DNA of 59,573 nucleotides, counting the filler, from Jimgerdemannia flammicorona (lineage: Eukaryota): the NCBI GenBank assembly GCA_003990765.1. It is 3 parts of 3 records of this genome, joined end to end, with 100 filler letters (N's around TTAATTAATTAA, not from the genome) between each part and the next. Parts side by side here need not be neighbours in the genome. Positions count along the whole stretch, not along the records: positions 1 to 19,795 come from RBNJ01001849.1; positions 19,896 to 39,684 come from RBNJ01001850.1; 1 more part is not named here. One strand, 5' to 3'. This document shows, piece by piece, positions 11,501 through 23,399 of the stretch. Numbering within the stretch: the first letter of the stretch is position 1; every line of letters begins with the position of its first letter. The position numbers were made by a program, and so were the translations under genes. Under the pieces are notes generated by a model. The model saw nothing but the letters and a program-made list of their open reading frames with translations, was not told the origin of the DNA and searched no databases.

Positions 11501-13749
11501 ATGAAGACTGCTTGGGCAATCTTCTGTCCTCTAATGATTCAGTGCCATTCTACACTGCTGTTATGTAGGATAACCTTGATTTCGCCTGTATATCCAGGGT
11601 CGATGGTTCCTCCTTCTACAGTTATCTCTTGTCTGGCAAGTCTGGACCTTGAGGTCAGTTGAATATAAGCTCCTTGCGGTGGCTGCAGGGCTAATCCAGT
11701 TCTGACCATGAAGGGTTTTCCAGGCTTGATAGATTCATCCTCTAGGCTGTGAGGATCATATCCTACATCCTCTGGGTGGGCTTTGGTCGGGGGTTTGGCC
11801 TTGGGGTGCAGCAGGGCATACTGGGCAATGTCCTTGCTGAGTTTGGGCTTTCCTAAGGCTGAAGCTCCACTAGCAGAAAGCCTCCAAGCTCTAAGGTTGA
11901 GGTGTGGCCATCTGGCTCCAGTAGAGGGGTCTTGGAGATAATTGATTCCCCTCCTTTCTGTAGGGTCAAGGGCTTCTATGAAGTTGGTGGCATCTTCTGC
12001 CCATCCTTGGTGAGTTGCATGTCTGATGAGAGCTAGGATGTCTTCTCCCAGATCATAGATTTTGGGGATTCTTTTTTTTGTCTTCTTGGTCTGACTTTTT
12101 CGAATCTGGCTTTTTCAGATCTGGCTTCGGTTATCTCCTTTCTTCAAAGTGTGCACTGCAACATCATAACTGAGGTGAATCTTCTGATGTCTACAGTCTC
12201 AGCAGTCAGGGTGTCTCCCATGGTTGCATTATCCCATTGCTCGGAAATGGTGTTCCTGGCTGTTGATCTCTTGTTGTCTTGGGAATCGATACCCATCTTA
12301 GTCATAGGTGGATGGAAGAGTAGATAAGGGATATATTTCTGTCTGGGTGAAGATACCTTGTCCTCTAAATCAACTTTGTAACCTTGTGGTAACATCTTGA
12401 AAAGTGGTTGACTGTGCAAGTGTAGTTAGAAGTTCTGGTCTCTGGGGTCTCTGTCTTTCTTGTTGGTCCAACAGATGACATTGATAACAGTAGTCTCAGG
12501 GCAAGTAGAAGATCATTTGGTGTAGACATCTTCCTAGCTGAAAAGCTTTCTCTTGATGAGTTTCTTTCTTGGGAATAATGGTGATTGTACTGGGTCCTTT
12601 CTCTGTGTTCCAAGGGTCATTGTCTTCAGGTGGTGTCCAGTGAGGGTCATTCCAGGGAATGAGTTCAGGGACCTCTTCTTCATCAGGTACTTCTTGTTCA
12701 GGAACTTCTTGGTCAGAAGTTTCTTCTTTCTCAGATGATTCTTGACCCCAAATTGCTTGTACTTCTGCTGCTTCAGTTGCAGGTGTTTCTGGAACATGTC
12801 TGCATTTCTTCTTCTTCCTTCTGCACTCTGAGCATGCTGTGCCAGGCGATTTCCTTGTTCCCATGATCTTAGAGGAGTGCTTGGGATACTTGTGTCTCTT
12901 GAGGCATATAGGGCATCCTTTGGCTTCCCCTGCAATGGCTCCAATGGTGATAGGGATAGTGTTCTTGGCCCACACATTATCTTCTGGTCTGTCATCCACC
13001 AGGTTAATTCGGGGACTGAGTCTGGGATTATTTCCATCTTCAGATTCTTCTTCCTCTTCTGTAGTAGACTCCTCACTGCTGGCATATTCTTCTTGAATAG
13101 TGACCTTCTTTTTCTTCTTTGATTGGTTATAGCTGGTCACCTTAACCCTATATTTCTTGCCTCAGTAATCAAACTTGAGTACTTGTTGGCCAATATCAAC
13201 AATGGCATTCATTTCCTTCATCCAGTTGGTGCCAAGAATCATGTTATAGGTGATAGCTTCAGTGACAACAGCTTTGGGGATGGAGAACTGAATGTGTCCA
13301 AGAGAAATAGTGATATTTCGTACTTCTCCAAGGGGTTGAGTTCAGGCTCCATCTGCTACTATGATGCTGAGGTTGGATGGTCCATCAATGAGCTATTGGA
13401 GGGTGTCCAAGAATCGTTTGGTGATGACACAGATAGCTGCTCCTGTGTCTATAAGGATTTTCGCTTTTTGTCCTCCAATATTTCCATGTAGGTAGGTGCT
13501 GACATGTCTTTCAGCTGCTTGAACAGAGATAGGAGCTGGTTCTTGCTGTGGGATTGGAACTCAGCCAGTGCTAGACCTGGTGGTTCTCAGCAATTTGTTT
13601 TGAACCCCAGCTGGTGTCAGTTGCAAGAACTGCAGGAGAGGGACTTCCATCTTGGTCTCTTGGATCTTCTGCCAGGCTTCATTGTAGATATCTCTAGGCA
13701 TCATTTTTGGGGCATACTTCTTTTTGGGATTTTTGGTGACAGGTTCCAT
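8532..13749 (-). pseudogene. pol: Family B pol: protease, Cys/His insert, dUTPase, RT, RNase H, integrase
   Basis: LIDTGAA ~13435-13455; GGTIDPGYTGEI ~11580-11615; RT 10088-10816 (LCMDYRKLN, MPFGLCNAP, YIDD); RNase H YTDASKDGLGAVL ~9925-9960; IN ISDQGTEF, ERMNQTIK, WEGPY. Ends at TGA 8532. Confidence 0.93.
11420..11825 (-). pseudogene. dut: dUTPase domain of family B
   Basis: Motifs VGYD, RSRLA, GGTIDPGYTGEI, KIAQ, RQAKGFGS. Confidence 0.9.
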
Positions 13750-13763
13750 TCTTCTTGTTTCAT

Positions 13764-15560
13764 TTATTTATTCTCTGGTGGCAACTCATTTGTCTCAGGA
13801 GCAAAAGGTGAGGGGGTTTGGGGAGGTGTTTCTACTTGTTCCTCCATATGTTCTTCATCCTCTTCTTGGATAATTCTTCTGCTAATGTTCCTGGATGGTC
13901 TTCCTACAGGCCTCTTTCTTTTCTCTGCTGGATAGACTGTTTTCCGGGTTGTAACCTTGGTAGGGTACAAATCTAGGTCACTGTAGTCTTCACTGTTGCT
14001 TGCTTCCTCGAAATCTTCAATAGGATGGGCTTCAGTCTTTTTGTACTGAGTGTCATTCCTTCAGTTTGCTGGTTCTGGGTCTCTTCGATCACTTCTTTTG
14101 TTGTCACATTCAGTGGCATAGTGTCCAAATTGTCCACAGTAGAAGCATTTGACTTGGGCTCTGTCTCGGACAGGGTACCTTCTTTCTTCTTGCTGGTAAT
14201 TCCTATTATTTCTTAGTGGATAACCTTGGCTCCTCTGTGGTGGGTACCCTCTGTTGTTTTGGTAGTCCCTATTTTCACATGTGGTGAGTTTTTCAATCTG
14301 TCCAACCAATTGGTCTAACTTGGAGCTGAGGTCTTGGATTTTGCTTCTGTCCTTCTTTCCTTCCTTGGCTGGCCTTCTTTCTTTGAACCTTTCTTGTCCT
14401 TGAAGGAGTCCTTGTAGGGTTTTGATCAGTATATCTTCTTTATCTTCCTTCTTATCATGATCACTCCAGGTGGTTCCTTGCCTGACATCAAAGAATCCTT
14501 GGGCTGTATCTACTTGCTCTTCAGACCTTCTGATGCCTAAGGTGCAGACATGCTGGGCAATATTCAGGGGAATTCCCTTCATAAAGGTCATTGGACCTAT
14601 AATGTCTTGGTTGGTGGCATTGAATCCGGCAGAATGCATTCTCTTCTGGATTCTTGTGAAGAAGACTCTAGGTGATTCTCCAAGATTCATCTTCATTCCC
14701 ATGATAGATTCCTGAGCCTTGTGGCAGGTTTCATTTCCTGCATATTTTTCAATGAGCCAGTGGACCATGGCTTCGTATTTTAGCTCATCAGATATTGCTG
14801 CTTGTATCTGTCTTGCTAGTTCTGAATCTTGGTTGTTTGCTGTCCAATGGAAAATTCCTCTGGCTGGTTCTCTGAGCTGTGCTTTATAGATGGCAATTTT
14901 TCTTTCATCTGAGAGATTTCTCAAGGCTGCAATTCCTTCAATTCCATCAAGGAATTCTCTGGGATCTTCCTTCAGGTATCCTGCAAAGGTTGGCAATGAG
15001 GTGGCCATTTCCTTGTCACTTTTTTCTAATTCTGGTTCAAGTTCGGATTCTGATTCTGATTCAGTTTCTGAACTGTCACTAGAGATGGCAGTGCTTGGAT
15101 ATCTTGAAGATGGTGTTCTGGTCCTTAGATGGGATGGAATAGGCCTAGATATTCTTGTAGGAACTACTTCCAGTTCTATAAGGGGTTGTGGTAGGGTTCT
15201 ATTGGTGAGGTTGGTGGGACTGGTGTGGGGTGTCTGGCTGTAAAGTATTGGGTCTGTGTAATAAGGTCTTCTAGTTCTTGTGTAAGTTCTCCAAAGTCTC
15301 TAGCAGGGCTGCCTGTATTGTCTGGTTGATCTGATTGATCTGGTTGATCTGGTTGATCTTGTTGATCTTATTGATCTTATTGATCTGGTTGGGGATTTCG
15401 GGCTGTACTGCCTCCTGCTTCTGGTTGGGATCCTTCTGATACTGGGTAGTTGGTGAGTCTTGAGGTGATTACTGCTCTTCCTGTCCAAATACTAGTAATG
15501 ACCAGTTCTCCTGTAGTGGTAGAGGTTAGTGTTGTATCAAATGTATCCAATTTGACTGTG
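13764..15560 (-). pseudogene. gag: Family B gag (capsid-like region plus CCHC knuckle)
   Basis: ORF 14061-15008: LPTFAGYLKEDPREFLD...CFYCGQFGHYATEC. The same frame extends upstream (DQP repeats) and downstream. Confidence 0.9.
15325..15390. repeat. 9-bp tandem repeat (gttgatctg), Asp-Gln-Pro repeat in the gag frame
   Basis: Directly visible. Confidence 0.8.
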
Positions 15561-15601
15561 GGTTCTTATGAGCTGAAAAGTCATGTCGATTTTAAAAATC
15601 T

Positions 15602-15618
15602 TCCCAGTTGAGCCCCCA
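15602..15618 (-). promoter_or_regulatory. Primer-binding site of B, tRNA-Pro type
   Basis: Minus strand TGGGGGCTCAACTGGGA resembles the tRNA-Pro PBS TGGGGGCTCGTCCGGGA. Confidence 0.75.
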
Positions 15619-15620
15619 AA

Positions 15621-17097
15621 TGTGATGTGCTAGCTCAATGGAGGCAAATTACAAGGTTGGGGGTTGATGTAGTTTGGCTTGAGCCCCCAGTTACTTTGTC
15701 AAAAAGCAACAAAATGTTCTAAGATTCCTGAGGTCCTTGGTGTTTAGTGATATAATAGTCAAAGGCTGGATATCTGCAAGCAATTTCCTTATTGGGATGG
15801 TTCTCTGGGTATAGCAGCGATTTGTGTGTGAATGAGTTTCCTTCTTGAGTCAACTGAGAATGCCACAATTTCATGTAGCGAGGCAATTTTCAAAAGTATG
15901 CGATTTCTGGGTGATGGTCTGGGTGCGATGATCTTTGTGTAGCATGGTGGGTTCCTTATGCGGGACGTTCTGATAATTTGATGGGTAACTCAATTTTGCT
16001 CACTGGGAATAGAGGATGGTGCAGATCCTTCTTACTGGGAACTATGCTGTCAATGGTTAACTCGATAACTCAGGCTCACTGGGAACAATGAATAACTCAG
16101 ATGGCATAGATAACTCAGATGACATGAATCAGCTTCAACTGGGAATATTACTTGAATGGCGTGAGTTCTTCCAAATCGGGCTCTTCTGGGAATATGATGG
16201 TGCAATATAGATAACTCGAAGGTGGCGGATGATGTGGATTCTCTGGAATCAGCAGATTTCTGAGAACTAACTCGGATTCTTGGCAAGTTACATCAAAGAC
16301 TGGCTTCGTTTATATGGGGTTACATCGTAGACTGGCTCTACTGCAAAGTTGCATCAGAAAGACTGGCTTGTGGCAAGAAAGGTGGGCTCTTCTGGGGATA
16401 TGGTGGATAACTGGGAAATGGCAGCGAAGTTATTCCTTGAACTTGGCGGCAAACTGGGATTCTTCAGGCTTATCTGGCAAGCATACCAATAGCGTGGCTT
16501 ATTCCTTAAGTGGTAGGTTCTTCAAAAGGTGGCAAAGTTCTCCTTGAACTTAGATGGCAAAATTAGCCTTGTATTGGAAAGTGGACTGGAGTGGGAATAA
16601 GGGGACCAATTGCTCAATCATTAGAGGCTTCTTTGGTTTGCACTTCAATTTGGACTCATTCTTTATATCAGAAAGTAGATCAGAGTGGGGAAATAAGCTC
16701 ACAATATCCTAGCAGTGGCTGTAGAGTTCCTCTTGAAGTGTGGTAGGCAGACTTGTCTTTTGCTTCAATTTCAGACTGAGGTTTATTCACTCTTGTCTTT
16801 GGGATAATTTATACAAGTTGGTTGCTATCTGGTTACTATGTGGCTAACTATAGATCTGCTACTTATGGCAGGTGTACAGAGTCTGTACAGTATACAGGAC
16901 CTGTACAGTGTATAGAGTCTGTATGGTGTACAGAGTCTGTACAGGTAAACAGATCCTTCCTGGTATGTCTGGCTATTTATACAGTTTTCTGCAGCAATGG
17001 TTGCTGGTTACTATGCTGTGTGTTCACATCATCTTGCCTAATTGTTCACATCATCTGGTTAAGATATAATTCAGGTGGTACATTTTGGTTTATCACA
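15621..17097 (-). repeat. 5' LTR of element B
   Basis: tgtga...tcaca termini; PBS adjacent. Confidence 0.95.
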
Positions 17098-19028
17098 ATA
17101 GTTACTTTTATACTAGAGTAGAGATCATAGCCAGTATTAGATTTATATACCTTGTCTGGAATCTTTATAGTGATGTAGAATCTCTTGACTTTGATTTTCT
17201 CAAAGATTCCTTTTGAGTCATCTTCTATTATAGTGATAGTGTGTGAGAAGGATGATCTTTTGTTAGTATTGGTCTTTTTATTAGGACATTCATGAGATAT
17301 ATATTCTCTCTTTTTGCAAGAAAAATATGCTCTCTTCTTTATAAGTTCTTCTATTTTCTTATTAGACAGTTTTTTAAATCCTCTTTATAGTCTTGAGGAC
17401 TTATTTCAGAGTTCATAATTCTTCTCAAATTGATATTGTTTACCTTCTTTATTATTGATTCTGTTATCTCTTGGCCTTTGGGCTACAAGGATGGTATACA
17501 CTTGGGTAACAGCTTATCCTAAGTACTATTGCTCATATATAGGCAATTATAGAATTATCCTTGTTTATAGATTTTCTCTGATAGCTATCCAGAGATAGTA
17601 TTAAAGAAATAGGTAGCTTGGGTTTCATTTATGGTCTGCTCTCACTAGCTATATTCTGCTCCAATATTATTCAGAAGAGTTTTGAATCTTATAGCAAATG
17701 CTTTGAGGTCTTCTTTTCTACCATTATAGAATTATAGATTCTTGAGTTTGGTTCTGGCTTCAGGGCTTCAGAACTGCTGGATAATTAGCTCTTTTAGACC
17801 TATAGTAGCTGAATGGACTTCATAGTCAGAGTGATTATCATCTCTATTGCTTGTGACAACTTTGGTATAGGTTTCTCAGGTAAGAGAGTTTACTTGTAGA
17901 TTATACTACTACTAAACTACTGTACCTATAAAGTGTGTGGCAACCTTTTCTATCTGTGAGTTTGCAGTTATATAGAGATCTTCAATCTCATACTATATAT
18001 ATATTGTTATCAAGAATACTGTCTGGGCTCTGGTAGTTATTCTATCTATTAGTATTGATAATTTGAATCAACTTGACTTATAAAAGTTACTACTTGGTCT
18101 GCTTTGCCTTTGAATGGAGTGAGGTAGAGTCCTTTTGTAGGCTTTTTTGCTTCAATACTAAGATAAAGGACTTGAGTAAGTATAACTACTTGATCAGTCA
18201 ATACTGCTATCTTATTATCAAGTAATATCATTCTGCTGTCTCTATTATTTATTTGGTGAAATGGTTGAGTTTTATCTTCTTCTATTGTTAAAGTATGTTG
18301 ATTATGGTTTAGACTTGATTTTTTTTATAATATTACTGAGATAAGTAAGCCTGTAGACTAGTGGTTTTGATAGAGTAACTATTTGATCTACTGTGATCTT
18401 CAGTAAGCTTGATATTCTTAATAGTGGTTTTGTAATAGTGCTGGAGCCACCAATGTCTAGTTTAGATGTTTCTTTAATTACTCTCCTAGGTCTAGATGAT
18501 GTGGCAGGGGCTTCACTGGAGCTGACAGATTGTAGTTCTTGTTGCTAGATTATTCTTACTTATGTATAAAGAATTTGATGATAGAAGTGAGATTTATTTT
18601 AATAAGAGTAGTATCCTTGATAGTTCAGGAAGATCTTGACTTTATAGTAGCAATTGTTTAAGAGGTAGTTCAGGAAGTGTTTGGTTGTAGCCTCAATGGA
18701 TTCTCAGATATATTTCTTATAGAAGTGGCTACCAACTAGTTTGTTGAAATCCTCCTTAAGTTTGAAAGTATAGAGAACTTCTTTATTGAGTATGAGAAAG
18801 ATATTGAATACTTTTTTGATAGTTTCATTATTGAGTTTGTCAAACTCCTCTTAGCTGATATGGATTTTGATCTACTTAGTAATAATTCTATTAAATTCTT
18901 TTGCTTAAGTCTAGAGAGTATTCAGAGTGAAGATTCATCTTGACTATTACTAATAATATTAACAATATTGACCAGTTCTGATTATCTATAATAGATTCTT
19001 GAAGAAAGGTTGCTTTTGGGTGGAGAGT

Positions 19029-19046
19029 AACCATCCTCTACTACCA
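19029..19046 (-). promoter_or_regulatory. Primer-binding site of C1, tRNA-iMet type
   Basis: Minus strand TGGTAGTAGAGGATGGTT, one C>T from TGGTAGCAGAGGATGGTT (complement of the AGCAGAG-type initiator tRNA 3' end). Confidence 0.8.
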
Positions 19047-19049
19047 AAT

Positions 19050-19486
19050 TATAATAAAACTATATACTATAATGTAGCTGATACTTAATATTAGAAGTAT
19101 GTCAGATTTCTATATCTTGAAAATTTGATCTTCTTTGACTCTGCAGAGTCTTCAGGATATAGGAGTGGGTGAGTCTGAAGTGTATCTACCTACAGGCTTG
19201 CTAATTCTATTGCTTTCTCTTTACTTTAAACTATTTTGATCTGAGGTTTATTTACTCTAAGATACTGAGTTATTTATATAAGTTTGCTAGCTATAAGACA
19301 GCTAAGTTATAACTAAGTTATGAGTCACTTTTCACAAATATTAATCCTTGACATTTGTGAAAACTTTAATGTTTGTGAAATGACTGCTATTTGTAAGGCT
19401 ATACTATATTGGAAATTGGGTTTAGGTATAATAATCAAATGTCTAATTCCCCTGATTCTTATTTCTAATTCAGATCAACTGTCACA
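19050..19486 (-). repeat. Probable 5' LTR of C1
   Basis: Adjacent to the PBS. Ends tataa (TGTAA-derived) and tgtcaca; contains TATA/AATAAA core at ~19240-19280. Outer boundary uncertain. Confidence 0.55.
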
Positions 19487-19759
19487 ATACTAATAGAATT
19501 AAAATATTACAGATAATCAATGATGACTATTGGCTCTAAGTTATAAGTTCATAAGTAAGTATTGAATTCGAAGTTATCTAGTATAGTAGAGTTCAGATAT
19601 TGCTTTTAGATTCTTGAATAGATAGAAATAGCCATACTTATATTCTAAGTTAATCAGACTCAGAATTATTAATAAGTTAGATCTGAGAATTTGTGATAAG
19701 AATATTGCTTTATTCTTATATATAGAGAAAGTAGAGCTGAGATTATAATACACTTAGTA

Positions 19760-19795
<36 letters not shown>

Positions 19796-19895
19796 NNNNN
19801 NNNNNNNNNNNNNNNNNNNNNNNNNNNNNNNNNNNNNNNTTAATTAATTAANNNNNNNNNNNNNNNNNNNNNNNNNNNNNNNNNNNNNNNNNNNN
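19796..19895. other. Scaffold gap with artificial TTAATTAATTAA spacer
   Basis: 100-nt N block with central 12-mer; same design at 39685-39784. Confidence 0.97.
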
Positions 19896-19939
19896 TCTCT
19901 CAATGAAAGACCACACTATCTCCATCTGCCCACTACTCT

Positions 19940-22900
19940 GTTCACAGATCCCCTCTACCAGCTGGTAGCACCACCCCCCTTATGGACCCCAACCAACCTA
20001 CCACCCAGTTAACAGATCCCCCAACAACCCCTCCCACCTTAATAACTTCTCCTGTATACTCATCTATTGCTCTTTCTCGAAAACAAAGAGCCAATGTCCA
20101 GCCAACCCAACCCACACTGCTAAAACCCACCCTACAGTGAGCCAACCATTGCTGACACCCCCCACTAACTGAGATTTCAAATCCTCCCAGTGATCTCACT
20201 CTCTATCTGGCCTCCTCACTACATCCAGCTGAGGCCTTACTGCTATCCAAAAGTCCCCCAGAACCTCACACTCTCCTAGCCAATGTTCTGGCATTTGTAC
20301 AAAACCCCCAGCCTGCCCTATATTATAACACTCACAATCTAATTGGCCACCATCCACCAGATGCCCAGCTCAGAAATTCAACATGACATTCCTCTACAGC
20401 ATCCACCACCATACCACTCAGAACTTTGGAGGCAGTCACCTCTGCAGCTTCAGCACTTCAAGACCAGACTTCTGTCCAGTCCCACTCCTTACCAATTCCA
20501 ACTGCCTGCCACCTGCTTGGCCAAAGATCCTGGCCAAGTCCTTGCTGACACTCTACTCCCTCACCAATATCAAACTTAGCAAGTGGTATACCCCCCAGGA
20601 GCAGCCTGTCTCATTGCCACATATCTGGTCCCCACCTCTCCTCTCCCTTATTGCCTCACCAGTGCAGGTCTATCCAGTGTGCTCCATCCACCACTCCCCA
20701 CTAGAAGCCCTTATACTGTAGCCATCAGCTATCCTTTAGATCCACCAGAGAAAGCAAATCACCCAAGGATCCCCAAGGAGAGAATCTCATCTTCCATACC
20801 TTTTGTATTAATGGTACCCAACCTCCACTCTGCAGTTCAACAGCCTGCTTCAACTACCAAGTTTGCAGATAATATAGCCACTTAGAGAAATCAACAAGGC
20901 CAAGTCCTTCTCTAGCTACCGGCAATGCAAGAGTATCCCAACTGATCTGGACTCTCCTCCCTGCCCAAATCCAATCTCGAGCCAGTGCTGTCAGCTTCTT
21001 CACCACCCAAGCTAGGAAGTCTAAGTAATAGACCATATACTATAGCTTGGGGAATCAATAGACATTCAGAAAGTACACCCTTCCCACTAGAGAGATGTGG
21101 CGACCCCTCTAGCCTCTAAGAGCCTCCCCCCAAATAGCCACCCTTCTCTCCCACCACACCCATAAGACAGATCTATATATAGAAAGAAAGATGCCCAGAT
21201 ACTGCACCACTTCTCCTGTAGGGACAATTCTTCTAATGATATCCCCACCCACCAGCCCATTCCCCAACACCATTGTCTTACACTTATGCCAGTTGAGTTT
21301 TGCCCCTGAGTATGCCTCATACCAATTCACTGTCTCCTTAAGTATCTCAATATCTGCTACTGATCCAAGTCCAACTACCATATCATCCACAAAGGCCCCC
21401 ATCTTCCACACCACACCATATATAGATAGCCCTGCTACCTTCTTCTGTATTCTATCTATCAAAGGTTCCAAAGAAAGGGCATAAAGGATAGAAGACAGTA
21501 GGTCTCCCTGAGGAACTCCTCTACTCAAGGGGAATGCCAATCTCTGGTGACTATTGCACATCAGCACTGCTCTACTGCCCTCTAATAGATCCAATATAAA
21601 AGCTCTAAAATATGGGGGAACACCAATTATATTCAGCACCTTATCCAGCCAAACCCACTGAACATAGTCATAGGCCTTCTCTTGGTCCAAAAAGACCAGT
21701 CTTTCATCCAATCCACAAGCCTGGGCCCCTTCAATAACTCTGTGCACTCAGGCAGTCTTATCTCTAATAAACCTGCCTCCTACAAAACCCCACTGCTCCT
21801 CACCCAGTATCTGTTGGGCAACCTTCTGAAGTCTTGCAACAATCACCTTAGTCACCATCTTCCTATCCATATCAAGAAGCATGATCAGCCTCCAGTTCTT
21901 CCAGTCCTCTCACCTCCCCTTGTCTTTATACAGTAAGGCCACCAGTCCTAAGTCCTGCTCACCAATCCACTCACTATTCAGGAGAACATGGTCACAGAGA
22001 GCAGCTATCTCCCCTAACACTCCAGGAACCCTCACCATCTTCTTCCAGAAGTCCCAAAGCAATCCATCCTCTCCTGGTGCTGTCCCAAGCTTAGTTGCTG
22101 CAAGGACTCTCCAGATCTCCTCCTCTTGGACTGGTATAATCAAGTCTTCAAGTCCTTCTACTTGTAGAGGTACCCACTCCTCCAGCATGACTCCAATCAC
22201 CTCTTCATCAGTACCCCCTTCCTCCTCACTCTACAGACCTCGCCATCTCTCCTTTAGTACCCCCAAGATCTGTTGTATGCTATACACCATATCCCCTTCA
22301 GCATTCAAAACCCCATCCCACTGCTGTTGCACCCTCCTAGCTTAGAGGAGCCTAGACAAGTATCTAGTAGGCTACTCTCCCTCCTCAAGCCCCTGCCACC
22401 ATAGTCTGGTAGCCATTCCTTTTATATGAATCACCTCCTCCTCTCTCAATATCTGTTCCAGCTCCACTATCTCCAATTTCACCTACTCTAATCACCAATC
22501 CTTCACCTCATCAAAAGTAAGCAAATCAGCCCATTCCTCCTGCAATCTAATCAGCCTATTAAAAGCACACCTTACTTGCTTCCTTCTCTGCCTCCCAGCC
22601 TCCCTACCAGCACCTCTCCAATAAACCCTCACAGCCTCCTTCAACCTCATCCAATAGACCCCCACAGAAGAACCCTCATATATTCAGTTGGTGATCTTCA
22701 CTTAGATGTCCTCCACCCATGGGTCCCACAACTCCTTCTCAGCCAGCAGAGAGGAGTTAAGGTGCCAATGTCCAGGTCCATCACCACTTCCCCCAAACTG
22801 CCCCTGACCCAATAGCCCCCAGTGATCAGACCATGGGTACTACTCTACCTCCAAAATCCTCCAAACATCAGCACCCCAACATTCAGCCATCAGAATTCAG

Positions 22901-23382
22901 TCAATCCTCATACCCAGTCCACCACTCCTCCCACCTACACTCCTCTCTCCATCAGTTTGATCCATCCATGGATCCTGTACCATATTAAAGTCACCATCCA
23001 GAACATCAATGCCTTCCTCCAAGAGAATACCTTCCTCCAACAGATCTCTAATCTACTTGATCCACTTCTCTGAGCCAACCCTCACTGATTCCCACCCAGG
23101 TCGATACCAATCTCCTCAGACCAAACAGTCCCCCCAGCTCTTTATTCTGCCCAAATTCCCTCTACTCTTTCTCACCAGAATCACCACTTTGCTAATCCAA
23201 GCTGTAGCTCCTCCCCATTCTCTAGTCCACTTGATCAGATCTTCCTCATCCTCACACCATACATCTTGCAGTAAATATAGATCAGTCTCCAATCTCCTAA
23301 GTTAAGCAAAAATGTTCTTACACCACCCAGAACCCCATAACCCATTTACATTCAGAGAGAAAATGTTAGTTGTACTATTCAT
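19940..23382 (-). pseudogene. LINE ORF2 (APE endonuclease, RT, C-terminal Cys motif)
   Basis: MNSTTNIFSLNVNGL, GDFN, SDH; APGEDGL, FLDQEKAYD, GVPQGDLLS, AFVDDMVV, YLGI. Confidence 0.9.
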
Positions 23383-23399
23383 AAGAAATAATATTTATT

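Larger units (their letters stand above)
6562..17097 (-). mobile_element. Ty3/Gypsy family B, full-length decayed copy with 4-bp TSD ATAG
   Basis: Two ~1.45-kb LTRs. atag at 6558-6561 and 17098-17101; empty site tttaatagttact seen in copy C2 at ~28854. Order gag-PR-(insert)-dUTPase-RT-RH-IN-ORF3. Confidence 0.96.
4087..19486 (-). mobile_element. Ty3/Gypsy family C, old copy C1 (gag-dUTPase-PR-RT-RNaseH), interrupted by element B
   Basis: Degraded motifs: zinc knuckle ~17290-17335; dUTPase GYDLYS ~17120 and FGS ~6240; protease LIDSG ~5870-5885; RT IYSDNILVY ~4825-4850. Colinear with 26030-30760. Confidence 0.85.

Noticed and set aside
19840..19851. TTAATTAATTAA palindrome inside N runs (also 39729-39740)
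   Set aside because: Identical, centred in 100-nt gaps, stops in all six frames: an assembly spacer. Adjacency across these gaps is also uncertain.
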